From: Phycisphaera mikurensis NBRC 102666
GTDB taxonomy: Bacteria; Planctomycetota; Phycisphaerae; Phycisphaerales; Phycisphaeraceae
Direction of reading: 5' to 3'
NCBI RefSeq assembly: GCF_000284115.1
Contig: NC_017080.1
Location: forward strand, 1,470,001-1,502,000
Length of the DNA: 32,000 bases
Both the position numbers and the translations under genes were made by a program. Positions 1-10,098 of this stretch are shown here, piece after piece (position 1 is the first letter of the stretch; each line of letters starts with the position of its first letter). The notes under the pieces were generated by a model. The model did not search any database. It worked only from the letters and a program-made list of their open reading frames with translations, and was not told where the DNA came from.

Positions 1-185
1 ACCGGTCGGGGGGGTCAGAAAAGCCGCGTCGCGCCTTGGAGGCCGCGTCGGGGGCGAGAGGATACAGCAAGAGCGTCGGCACTGCACCGGCCGCCTCCTG
101 CGAAGGTGTCAGGTACATTCACCGCGACGCCGCGGCGCGCCCGACGTCCTGGAGGACGCTCCTTCCCTCCGCCCGGGTGGTGGCT

Positions 186-968
186 TCAGCCGCCGGTCAT
201 GAAGCTGGGGTAGCAGGTCATCCCGCCGTCCACGTAGACGCTGGTTCCCGCGACGTAGTCGCCCGCGGGGGAGCAGAGCGCGACGACCATGTCGCCGACC
301 TCTTCGGCGTTGCCGACGCGCCCGCTGGGGATCTTGGACAGGAGGTCGTTGTGGGCCGCCTCGTCGAGGTGTTTGTGGCTCTTCGTGTTGGTCTTGATGG
401 CGCCCGGGGCGATGCAGAAGGCGCGGACGCCCGAGTCGGCCAGCTCCAGGGTCATCGACTGCGTCATCGCGGCGACCGCCGCCTTCGCGGCGCAGTAGGG
501 CGTGTAGCCGGACCAGGGCACCTTGTCGTGGACGCTGGTGATGTTGCAGATCACGCCGTGGCCGCGGCCGATCATCCGCGGCACCGCGGAGCGGCAGGCG
601 TGGATGACGCCGTGGAAGTTGATGTCGAGCACCCGGCGGATCTCCGCGGGATCCATCTCCCAGAGCAGCCCCCGGTGGCCGTCGACGCCGGCGTTGTTCA
701 CGAGGATGTCGATCCCGCCCCAGGCTTCGTCGAGCTTCCGGAACATCGCGATCACCTGCGCCTCCTCCGCGATGTCGCTGCTCTCGTGCCAGCACCGGCG
801 CCCGAAGCCCTCGATGAGGTCCGCGGTCTCGGCGGCGCCCGCGTCGTCGCCGAGGTGGTTGAAGGCGACGTCGGCGCCGGCGCGGGCGGCGGAGCGGGCG
901 ATGGCCTGGCCGATCCCGGCGCTGCCGCCGGTGACGAGGACCCTTCGGTTCTTCAGCGAGGTATGCAC
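186..968 (-). CDS. SDR family NAD(P)-dependent oxidoreductase
   Basis: 260-aa ORF with N-terminal VLVTGGSAGIGQAIA (TGxxxGxG), NNAGV, and YTPYCAAKAA (YxxxK) plus C-terminal YVDGG; classic SDR signatures. Confidence 0.93.
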   Translation of the reverse strand: MHTSLKNRRVLVTGGSAGIGQAIARSAARAGADVAFNHLGDDAGAAETADLIEGFGRRCWHESSDIAEEAQVIAMFRKLDEAWGGIDILVNNAGVDGHRGLLWEMDPAEIRRVLDINFHGVIHACRSAVPRMIGRGHGVICNITSVHDKVPWSGYTPYCAAKAAVAAMTQSMTLELADSGVRAFCIAPGAIKTNTKSHKHLDEAAHNDLLSKIPSGRVGNAEEVGDMVVALCSPAGDYVAGTSVYVDGGMTCYPSFMTGG

Positions 969-1127
969 GGGCGCACTAAAGGCGGGGGAGCGGGCCGCGC
1001 GTGCCCTGCCGCCGGCGGGCGGAGCGGGTCGGGCGAGGCGGGGGCGGGCTCAAGCCGCCCGGTGTGCGGTTCCCTCCGCGTCGACCCGCCGCCGTCCGGC
1101 TCCACTTGACGCGGCTCCCGCTTTCGG

Positions 1128-1183
1128 GGAGCCTCCCTGCGCGCCGCCCGGTGTTCCGGGCGGCGTCGCGCACTGGAGGCTCC
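1128..1183 (+). promoter_or_regulatory. Nested stem-loop in presumed 5' leader of DEAD-box helicase
   Basis: GGAGCCTCC (1128-1136) pairs with GGAGGCTCC (1175-1183); TGCG (1138-1141) with CGCA (1169-1172); CGCCGCCCGG (1142-1151) with CCGGGCGGCG (1156-1165), loop TGTT. Lies about 40 nt before the likely ATG at 1223. Confidence 0.45.
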
Positions 1184-1222
1184 TCCGCGGCACCCGCCGC
1201 GGCCATCGCGGTGCGACCTCCC

Positions 1223-2659
<1,437 letters not shown>

Positions 2660-2662
2660 GGC

Positions 2663-3064
2663 TCAGGCCGCTCGCAGCTGGCCGCCGCCGCCGCTGAGCG
2701 GCGCCTGCGCGGCGAGGCCCAGCTCCTCCCGGGCCTCCTCCATCGTGTCGAAGCTCTCGAAGAGGGTGCAGAGGCGTGTGACCTCCAGCAGCTGCTTCAC
2801 GTCCGCAACGCAGCCCGCGAGCACGATGCGGCTGCGCATCGGCTCGATGTCCCGGGCGAGGCTGACCATCTCGCCGAGGCAGGCCGACGAGAGGTAGGCG
2901 ACCTGCGAGAGGTCGAAGAGCACCGTGCGGCAGGCGTCGCTGCGGACGCCCGCACACAGCTCGGCGACGAGCTCGAGCATGTCCAGGGCCTCGACCTCGA
3001 AGTTGTGGGGGGTGGCGATGAGCACGTCGTGCTCGCGTTCGACGTCGTAGGGGGCGTTGAGCAT
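2663..3064 (-). CDS. STAS domain protein (anti-sigma-factor-antagonist-like)
   Basis: 133 aa; TVLFDLSQVAYLSSACLGEMVSLAR resembles the STAS strand-helix with conserved Ser; similar size to SpoIIAA-type proteins. Confidence 0.7.
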   Translation of the reverse strand: MLNAPYDVEREHDVLIATPHNFEVEALDMLELVAELCAGVRSDACRTVLFDLSQVAYLSSACLGEMVSLARDIEPMRSRIVLAGCVADVKQLLEVTRLCTLFESFDTMEEAREELGLAAQAPLSGGGGQLRAA

Positions 3065-3242
3065 GGGGTCATCCGTGGCGTGGGTTGGGGTCCACGACCA
3101 GCAGACGATCCCGGGCGTCGCGGGGCGAATGCGTTTCGGCGGCGGCGCGGAGCGTCCCGGGAAGCCGGCGACGGACGGCCGCGGACGGCGGCGAAGCGGG
3201 GCGGTCCCGCGTCGGCTGGTTCGCAGCTCCCGCGGATCGCCC

Positions 3243-4421
3243 TCACCGCAGCGGTTGCACGACCGCGGCGCAGAGCCCGGCGTCCGCCGCGACCCGCACC
3301 TCCTGCCCGGGCTTGTGCCGGCCCCAGCGGACGACGGCCAGCGCCACCGCCCGGCCGCCGCGCAGCGGGCTCGGCGTGGAGGAGGTGACCGCCCCGATCA
3401 CGCGGCCCGGGTCGCTCGGATCCAGCACCTCGGTGCCCGCGGAAGGCAGGCGGTCGTCCTCCTCCACCTCCAGCCGCACCAGCAGCTTCTTGGGGTGGCC
3501 GAGGTTTTTCATGCGTGCCACCGCCTCCTGCCCGGGGTAGCAGCCCTTCGTGAAGCTGACCGCCTCCTCCACCAGCTGCGCCTCGGCGACGAGGTTGCCG
3601 GGGCCGTAGTCCAGGTGGAACAGCGGCTGGCCGGCCTCGACGCGGGCGGTGTTGAAGGCCTCCCAGCCCACCGGCCGGCCGCGGAGGCCGGCGCGACGCC
3701 GGGCCGCGGCCGCCGCCGGGTCCGCCGCGTCGGCCGGCTCGCCGGCGTAGCCCAGGGCGGCGAGCAGCGCCGCGAAGACGGCGGCGGCTCCGGCTCCGGT
3801 CGGGTGCAGGCGGAAGGACGGCACGCCCGCGTCGGTGCCGCGGTGCACGAGCAGCGTGTGGCCGGCGACCGTCGCCTCGGCGAAACGGCCCGGCGGGAGC
3901 GCGGCGGCGTCCTCCGCCCCCGCGGCCCGCAGCCCGGCCGCCGCCGCCGGCCCCAGAAGCATCAGCGGGACCCGCGGCGGATCGGCCGCGGCGAAGGCAA
4001 CGTCCTCCGCGAACCGCGCCGCCTCCAGCCGCCCGAGCGTCTCCGCGGCGTCGTGCGTGTCGAGGTCGAGCAGCACGCGGCCCTCGCCGAGCAGCGCGAA
4101 GGCGTCGGCGAGGATCAGGCCGCGGGACCCCAGGAACAGCGTGCGGACGGCGGCGCCATCCTCGGGCGTGAGGAGGTCCTGCGTCGCGAGCCGGTTGAGC
4201 AGGTCGCGGGCGTCGCCCCCGGTCACCTCCAGCAGCGTCCGCCCCGGCACCGGGAACAGCCCCGCGTGCCGCTTGATCGCCGCGTATTCCGCCGGCGTTT
4301 CCCCGAAGCTCTGCACGACGAAGGGCCCGCCCTCGGGCCGCTGCGGGTCCAGCGGCGGGCCCCACGCCGACAGCTCGGCGCCGAGCGACTCGAGAACAGG
4401 TTGAAGGGGCGCGGCCGCCAT
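3243..4421 (-). CDS. ygfZ: YgfZ/GcvT folate-binding domain protein
   Basis: 392 aa from ATG at 4421; contains the YgfZ signature KGCYPGQEAVAR, GcvT-like N-terminus (FGETPAEYAAIKRHAGLF..VTGGDARDLLNRLATQDL). Confidence 0.85.
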   Translation of the reverse strand: MAAAPLQPVLESLGAELSAWGPPLDPQRPEGGPFVVQSFGETPAEYAAIKRHAGLFPVPGRTLLEVTGGDARDLLNRLATQDLLTPEDGAAVRTLFLGSRGLILADAFALLGEGRVLLDLDTHDAAETLGRLEAARFAEDVAFAAADPPRVPLMLLGPAAAAGLRAAGAEDAAALPPGRFAEATVAGHTLLVHRGTDAGVPSFRLHPTGAGAAAVFAALLAALGYAGEPADAADPAAAAARRRAGLRGRPVGWEAFNTARVEAGQPLFHLDYGPGNLVAEAQLVEEAVSFTKGCYPGQEAVARMKNLGHPKKLLVRLEVEEDDRLPSAGTEVLDPSDPGRVIGAVTSSTPSPLRGGRAVALAVVRWGRHKPGQEVRVAADAGLCAAVVQPLR

Positions 4422-4441
4422 GGGGCGGGAAGCGTATGAGC

Positions 4442-4489
4442 GGACTGACGAAGAGACGAAGAGACGAAGAGACGGAGAGACGGAGACAG
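4442..4489. repeat. Octanucleotide tandem repeat (GAAGAGAC-type)
   Basis: Read in 8-nt register: GGACTGAC, GAAGAGAC x3 (4450-4473), GGAGAGAC, GGAGACAG. Confidence 0.8.
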
Positions 4490-4513
4490 GCAGGGGCGGC
4501 GGCTGCGCCGCCC

Positions 4514-4547
<34 letters not shown>

Positions 4548-4704
4548 CTGACTTCGTCTCTCACCCAGTCCCAGCCCGACCCGCCGCACAGACCTTCGCG
4601 GTCCATGCAGCCCCTCCGCACGACACCCCCCAGAACGTCGCTTCTCCCCTCCCAAGTAACCTCCCCACTCCAGAAGACCCCCCAACCCACACCCCCGCCC
4701 CGCT

Positions 4705-5898
4705 TTGCCCAAGAAAACCCTCTCCGACCTCGATCTCGCCTCCAAGCTCGTCCTCATGCGGTGCGACTTCAACGTCCCGCTGGATGGAGCGGGCAAGATC
4801 ACCGACGACCGCCGGATCGCCATGGCGTTGCCGACGATCCGGCAGGCGCTCGACGGCGGCGCCGGCGTCATCGTGATGTCGCACCTGGGCCGGCCCAAGG
4901 GCGAGCCCGATCCCGCGGCGTCGCTCCGCCCGGCGGCCGACCGGCTCGACGAGCTGCTCGAAGCGGACGTGCAGTTCGCGGCGGACACGGTCGGCCCCGA
5001 CGCCAAGCAGCGGGTGCACGCGCTGCGTCCGGGCCAGGTCCTCGTGCTCGAGAACGTGCGCTTCAACGCGGGGGAGAAACAAGGCGACGACGACGGCTAC
5101 GTGGAGACGCTCGCCGGCTTCGCCGACGCGTACTGCAACAACGCCTTCGGCACGGCCCACCGCACCGAGGCGTCCATGTTCGCGGTGCCCAAGAAGATGA
5201 AGGAAGCGGGCAAACCGGCGGTCATGGGCGGCCTCGTGGAGAAGGAGATCCGCTTCCTCGCCGGGGCGATCGAGTCGCCCCAGCGGCCCTTCGTCGCCGT
5301 GCTCGGCGGGGCGAAGGTCAGCGACAAGATCCAGGTGATCGAGCGGCTGCTGGGCGTCTGCGACCACGTCCTCATCGGCGGAGCCATGGCCTACACCTTC
5401 TCGCTGGCCCGAGGAGGGCGGGTCGGCGGCAGCCTGGTCGAGCCCGACAAGACCGACCTCGCCCTGCGGCTCATCGAGATGGGCGGGGACAAGCTCGTGC
5501 TCCCGACCGACACGCACTGCGGCGACGGCTTCTCCGGCGACTGCAACAAGCAGGTCGTGCCCGCCGGCGAGATCCCCGACGGCTTCGAGGGCCTGGACGT
5601 CGGCCCCGAGACCGCCGAGCGCTTCGCCTCGCTGGTCGAGGATGCCGGCACCGTCGTGTGGAACGGCCCGATGGGCGTCTTCGAGATGCCGCCCTTCGAT
5701 GCGGGCACCCGCGCCGTCGCCGAAGCGATGGCCGCCGGCAGCGGCACCACGATCGTCGGCGGCGGCGATTCCGCCGCCGCCATCGAGCAATTCGGCCTCG
5801 CCGACCGCGTCAGCCACGTCAGCACCGGCGGCGGGGCGTCGCTGGAGATGCTCGAGGGCAAGAAGTTCGAGAGCGTGGAGCTGCTCGACGAGGCGTGA
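4705..5898 (+). CDS. pgk: Phosphoglycerate kinase (TTG start)
   Basis: 397 aa; [59 protein letters not shown]..., [18 protein letters not shown]. First codon is TTG at 4705-4707. Confidence 0.97.
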   Translation: MPKKTLSDLDLASKLVLMRCDFNVPLDGAGKITDDRRIAMALPTIRQALDGGAGVIVMSHLGRPKGEPDPAASLRPAADRLDELLEADVQFAADTVGPDAKQRVHALRPGQVLVLENVRFNAGEKQGDDDGYVETLAGFADAYCNNAFGTAHRTEASMFAVPKKMKEAGKPAVMGGLVEKEIRFLAGAIESPQRPFVAVLGGAKVSDKIQVIERLLGVCDHVLIGGAMAYTFSLARGGRVGGSLVEPDKTDLALRLIEMGGDKLVLPTDTHCGDGFSGDCNKQVVPAGEIPDGFEGLDVGPETAERFASLVEDAGTVVWNGPMGVFEMPPFDAGTRAVAEAMAAGSGTTIVGGGDSAAAIEQFGLADRVSHVSTGGGASLEMLEGKKFESVELLDEA

Positions 5899-6013
5899 AG
5901 ACGCAGCGGCGTGGCCGCTCAAGAGGAAACCAGACGAAGACAGGCTGTGCGGCAAGGGGCCGTTCCTGACGACGCTGGATTCGGGGAAGGCGATCAGAAC
6001 CAGGCGCATCAAG

Positions 6014-7012
6014 ATGAAACCGACCCGCTCGCTGCTGAATCCGTCTCTTCGTCTCTTCGTCTCTTTGTCTCTTGCCCTCTGCGGCGCAGCCGGCGCCCCC
6101 GCCTCCGCTCAGGTTGGCTCCTCCATCGTCCTTGCGCCCTGGCAAGGAACCTCCCCGCTGGAGCTCTCCGGCCAGACCGCGCTCTACTCCACCGACGCCG
6201 ACGCGCCCGGCGGGGCAAGCGTCGAGCTGGGCTCGTACAGCTTCCAAGGCCGCGTCCGGCCGGACCTCGAGGACGAGAAGAAGCTGACCTTCGGCTTCGA
6301 GTTCGACCGCATCGAGCTCGACACGGCCGACCCGGTGCTGCCCGAGCGGCTGACCCTGGGGGCGGCGGCGGTGGGGCTGGGGCTGGGCCGCTTCGACGCG
6401 GCCGGGTTCGGTTGGGAGTGGGGGGCGACCGCGGGAGCGGGCGTCGCCAGCTCGGATCCCTTCGGCGACGAGGACGGTTCCTACGGGGTCGGGTCGCTCT
6501 TCGCGGTGACGCGGCCCGACCCCCAGTCGCTGCTCGTGGTCGCGCTGGACTACGACGGCAACCGGACCGTCTTCCCCGACGTCCCGCTGCCGGCCATCAC
6601 CTACACGCGCTTCTTCAGCGAAGACTTCTCCGCCAGCGTCGGCGTGCCCTTCCTCGGCGTGAAGTGGACGCCGGGCCGGTGGGACCTCTCCGCCGGCATC
6701 TTCCTGATCCAGGCCCGCGCCCGCGCCGCCTACGCGCTGACCGAGCACGTCTCGCTCTACGCCCAGTACGGCAGCCGCACCGAAGCCTTCCACGTCGACG
6801 GCACCGACGAGCACCGGCGGCTCTTCTACAGCGTCGAGAGCGTCTCGGCCGGGGCGGAGCTCGATCTGGTCGAGAACCTGAACCTCAACGCCAGCGTCGG
6901 CTACGCGTTCAACCACGCGTTCGAGAGCGGCTTCGACGCGAGGGACCTGGAGACGGTGCGGGACCTGGATCCGGGGGTCTTCTTCGGGATCAGCCTCGGC
7001 TTGGACTTCTGA
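6014..7012 (+). CDS. Predicted outer-membrane/exported beta-rich protein
   Basis: 332 aa from ATG at 6014, signal peptide-like MKPTRSLLNPSLRLFVSLSLALCGAAGAPASAQ, then alternating beta-strand-like segments ending in aromatic FGISLGLDF. Confidence 0.7.
   Translation: MKPTRSLLNPSLRLFVSLSLALCGAAGAPASAQVGSSIVLAPWQGTSPLELSGQTALYSTDADAPGGASVELGSYSFQGRVRPDLEDEKKLTFGFEFDRIELDTADPVLPERLTLGAAAVGLGLGRFDAAGFGWEWGATAGAGVASSDPFGDEDGSYGVGSLFAVTRPDPQSLLVVALDYDGNRTVFPDVPLPAITYTRFFSEDFSASVGVPFLGVKWTPGRWDLSAGIFLIQARARAAYALTEHVSLYAQYGSRTEAFHVDGTDEHRRLFYSVESVSAGAELDLVENLNLNASVGYAFNHAFESGFDARDLETVRDLDPGVFFGISLGLDF
6043..6074. repeat. Octanucleotide tandem repeat (GTCTCTTC-type) inside signal-peptide coding sequence
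   Basis: GTCTCTTC, GTCTCTTC, GTCTCTTT, GTCTCTTG = four 8-nt units; reverse complement of the GAAGAGAC unit at 4450-4473. Confidence 0.85.
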
Positions 7013-7072
7013 AGCGCGAGCGAGGCGGTCGGCCGTCGGCGGGGTGGCGTCCGCCGGCGGGCTCTGGCTTCT

Positions 7073-7972
7073 TCAGCCGCGTGCTTGCTCGCTTCCCCGC
7101 GGCTGCGGAGCAGCATCGGGCGTTTCCGCGGCCCGCCCGGCCCCCAGGATCGAGGCCGCCAGCTTCCGGTAGTCGGCCGCTCCGTTGCTCTCGGGCGCGT
7201 ACGCCAGCACCGGCTGGCCGAAGCTCGGGGCCTCGGCGAGCTTGATGTTCCGGCGGACCGGCGGGTCGAACACCTCCGCCTGGTGCCAGGCGTCGCCCTC
7301 GCCGGCCTGGCCGAAGAAGCCGTCGAGCTCGGCGCGGATCTCGCCGGCGAGCAGCGTGTTCGCCTCGTGCATGCACAGCACGACCCCGGAGACCCGCAGC
7401 GTCGGGTTGATGCCCTGCCGCACGGAGCCGATGGTCTCGAAGAGCTTGCTCATGCCCTGCATCGCCAGGAAGTGGCTCTGCATCGGGACGATCACCTCGG
7501 TGGCGGCGCACAGCGCGTTGACCGTCAGCAGGCCCAGCGCCGGCGGGCAGTCGATGAGCACGGCGTCGAACTGGCGGAAGAGGTCGACGCACTTGTCGCG
7601 CAGGATCGACTGCCCGGTGCCGGCTTGGACGGACTCCGCCATCTCCGACTCGATCCCCGCGAGGTTGGTTTCCGCGGGCAGCACCGCCAGATTCGCGATG
7701 GACTCCACCTCGCGGACGACCTCCATCGCGGTGGTGCCCTCGTCGACGAAGAGGTCGTAGTTGGTCCGGTCCATCTCGCCGGGCTCCATGCCCACGGACA
7801 GCGTGAGGTGGGCCTGCGGGTCGAGGTCGATGAGCAGCACGCGGGCCCCCGCGGCCGCCATCGCGGCGCCCACGTTCACGGTCGTCGTCGTCTTGCCCAC
7901 GCCGCCCTTCTGGTTCATCATCGCGATGACGCGGCGGTCGGTCGGGTCGGCGGGTCGGGCGGGATCCGGCAT
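7073..7972 (-). CDS. ParA family ATPase (MinD/ParA/Soj-like)
   Basis: 299 aa; deviant Walker A NQKGGVGKTTTTVNV, LLIDLDPQAHLT, VLIDCPPALGLLTVNAL. Confidence 0.92.
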   Translation of the reverse strand: MPDPARPADPTDRRVIAMMNQKGGVGKTTTTVNVGAAMAAAGARVLLIDLDPQAHLTLSVGMEPGEMDRTNYDLFVDEGTTAMEVVREVESIANLAVLPAETNLAGIESEMAESVQAGTGQSILRDKCVDLFRQFDAVLIDCPPALGLLTVNALCAATEVIVPMQSHFLAMQGMSKLFETIGSVRQGINPTLRVSGVVLCMHEANTLLAGEIRAELDGFFGQAGEGDAWHQAEVFDPPVRRNIKLAEAPSFGQPVLAYAPESNGAADYRKLAASILGAGRAAETPDAAPQPRGSEQARG

Positions 7973-8225
7973 CGCCCGAGCCTAATCCGCGGACCGCGGG
8001 CCCTCCGCCGCGTCCGGTGCCGCGATCCGCGGAGCCGCGGCCCGGGGGTCCCGCACGCACGCCGCGGAGCGCGTCGGACGCCGCGGACCGCGGGCGGGAA
8101 CGCCGGAGAACGCACGCCGTCCGCGGAACGACGCGTGCCGCCGCGGGCGAGGTGCCGCCGGCGGGCGGATGGGTCGGCCTCCGGGCCGCGGGGCGGGGAC
8201 GCCCGACGCGGCCTACGGATCCGTC

Positions 8226-8798
8226 ATGAGCATGAAAGACCGGGCCGCACGCTGGATCCGCTCGCGGCACATGGTGCCCGCGACGGCGGTGGTTTCCTTC
8301 TTCGAGTCGACCGTCCTGCCGGTCCCGCTGGAGGTGCTGCTCGTGCCGGTCATGCAGGCGCGGCGCGACCGGCTCTGGTGGCTGGCGGCCGCGGCGCTGG
8401 GCGGGTGCGTGCTCGGTGCCGTCGCCGGTTACTGGATCGGCTGGGGCCTCATGGAGTCGATCGGCCACCCGCTGGTCGCCTGGCTCGGCCAGGAGCGGGC
8501 GCTGGAGGACGCGATCGCCGGCTTCAACGCGGACGGCTTCGTGTACGTGCTGGGCATCAGCCTCGCACCGGTGCCCTTCCAGATCGCGATGCTCGGCGCG
8601 GGGGCGGCGGGCTTCCCGCTGTGGAAGTTTCTGCTCGCGACGCTGATCTCGCGCGCGATCCGCTACTTCGGCCTCGCGGCGCTGGTGTGGTGGCTCGGCG
8701 ATCGGACCGAGGGCTTCGTGAAGCGGCACAAACGCGCGGCGGCCATCGGCACCTTGGTGGCGGTCGCCGCGGTCTTCGCCTGGCGGATCTGGAGCTGA
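8226..8798 (+). CDS. VTT-domain (YqaA/SNARE-associated, DedA-like) membrane protein
   Basis: 190 aa from ATG at 8226; AVVSFFESTVLPVPLEVLLVPVM, GAVAGYWIGW, GISLAPVPFQIAMLGAGAAGFPLWKFLLATLISRAIRYF. Confidence 0.8.
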   Translation: MSMKDRAARWIRSRHMVPATAVVSFFESTVLPVPLEVLLVPVMQARRDRLWWLAAAALGGCVLGAVAGYWIGWGLMESIGHPLVAWLGQERALEDAIAGFNADGFVYVLGISLAPVPFQIAMLGAGAAGFPLWKFLLATLISRAIRYFGLAALVWWLGDRTEGFVKRHKRAAAIGTLVAVAAVFAWRIWS

Positions 8799-8814
8799 CG
8801 CCGGCGGCGGCGGG

Positions 8815-9948
8815 TCAACCGCCCGCGTCGCCGCCCCCGGTCGCACGCTGCGCCACCGCCTCGAGGATGTCCGGCTCGTTTCGGGAGAAGGTGAGCGTCC
8901 GGTAGGGGTACGGGATCTCGATGCCGGCGGCGTCGAGCGCCGCCTTGACGGCCTCGACCACCTCGTCGCGGGATCGGCGTTGCTCCAGCGGCGTCGCGCC
9001 GGTCCACCAGGTGATCTCGAAGTCGATCGAGCTCGCCCCGAAGGCCTGCGCGTACACCTCCACGCCGTGGCCGCCGCCGGTGTCGACGCTCGCACAACCC
9101 GCGGCCGCGTCGTGCATCACCCGACGCCCCTCGGCCACGTCCTCGCCGTAGGCGATCCCGCACGGCACGGTGATCCGCCGCTTCGCCCGGTTGGTCAGCA
9201 CCTTGACGACGTTCTTGTAGATGGTGCTGTTGGGCATCAGCACGAGCTCGCCGGTGGTCAGCCGGATCTGCGTCATGCGGATCTCGATGTCCTCCACCTT
9301 GCCCATGACGTCGACGCTGGGCACCTCGATGAAGTCGCCGATCTCCAGCGGGAAGCGCCAGAGAATCAACACGCCGGCGAAGGCGTTCTCGAAGATGTCC
9401 TGGAAGGCGAAGCCCAGCGCGATCGAGAGCAGGCCGGTCGTCGCGATCAGGTTGCCGACGCCGAACCCGGGGAAGACGATCACCGCCGCGAGCATCAGCC
9501 CCACGAACCACACGAGCGTGCGGATGGCGAGGCGGACGAGGTCGGCGAGGCTCTCGCGCAGGTGGGCACGCCGGGCGAGCCAGCGCGACACGCGGCCGGC
9601 GATGCCGACCAGGAAGAAGGTGGCGACGACGACCAGCAGCGCGATGACCACCTGCGGGAGGTAGGCGATGCCGGTGTCGACCATGCCGCCGATGGAGCGG
9701 GCGAGCGTCTCGGTCGAGTCGTCCACGCCTTTCACGCCGGTCTCGGGGATCAGGGCGTCGACGCCGCTGGCGATCGGGCCCATCGGCGGCTCGGCGGCCT
9801 GGACTTCCTCCTGGACGACGGAGATGCCCTCGGAGGCGGAGGGATCGATCTCGAAGGTCGGTGCGGCGTCCTGGGCCGCGGCGACGCGCGGGAGGGCGCA
9901 GCCGAGCGCGAGCAGCAGGAGCGGGAGGCGGCGGCGGAGCAACTTCAT
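8815..9948 (-). CDS. MscS family mechanosensitive ion channel
   Basis: 377 aa from ATG at 9948 with signal peptide; TM3/beta domain ATTGLLSIALGFAFQDIFENAFAGVLILWRFPLEIGDFIEV..GKVEDIEIRMTQIRLTTGELVLMPNSTIYKNVV. Confidence 0.93.
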   Translation of the reverse strand: MKLLRRRLPLLLLALGCALPRVAAAQDAAPTFEIDPSASEGISVVQEEVQAAEPPMGPIASGVDALIPETGVKGVDDSTETLARSIGGMVDTGIAYLPQVVIALLVVVATFFLVGIAGRVSRWLARRAHLRESLADLVRLAIRTLVWFVGLMLAAVIVFPGFGVGNLIATTGLLSIALGFAFQDIFENAFAGVLILWRFPLEIGDFIEVPSVDVMGKVEDIEIRMTQIRLTTGELVLMPNSTIYKNVVKVLTNRAKRRITVPCGIAYGEDVAEGRRVMHDAAAGCASVDTGGGHGVEVYAQAFGASSIDFEITWWTGATPLEQRRSRDEVVEAVKAALDAAGIEIPYPYRTLTFSRNEPDILEAVAQRATGGGDAGG

Positions 9949-10098
9949 GGCCCACGGGTATCGGACGCTCGCGGCCGCCGCAGCCACCCGCGGACCGCGG
10001 GCGATTCCGGCCTCCGGAGGCGGCGGTCCGCGGACCCCGGTGGCCCGCCGCGGTACGGTCGCCGGCCGCACGCCCGCCCCAACCCCGACGCCCCGACG

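Noticed and set aside
36-1109. 357-aa + strand ORF overlapping the SDR gene
   Set aside because: Antisense shadow ORF typical of very high GC; translation is Ala/Arg/Gly/Val-rich with no domain while the opposite strand encodes a clear SDR.
5930-5950. Another octanucleotide repeat copy (CAGACGAAGACAGG) between pgk and the OMP gene
   Set aside because: Only one degenerate unit resembling the 4482-4491 flank; too short to count as a repeat locus.
7073-8225. Complete ParABS partition or plasmid-like module
   Set aside because: Only a ParA-like gene is present; no ParB, no tandem parS-like sites and no replication gene.
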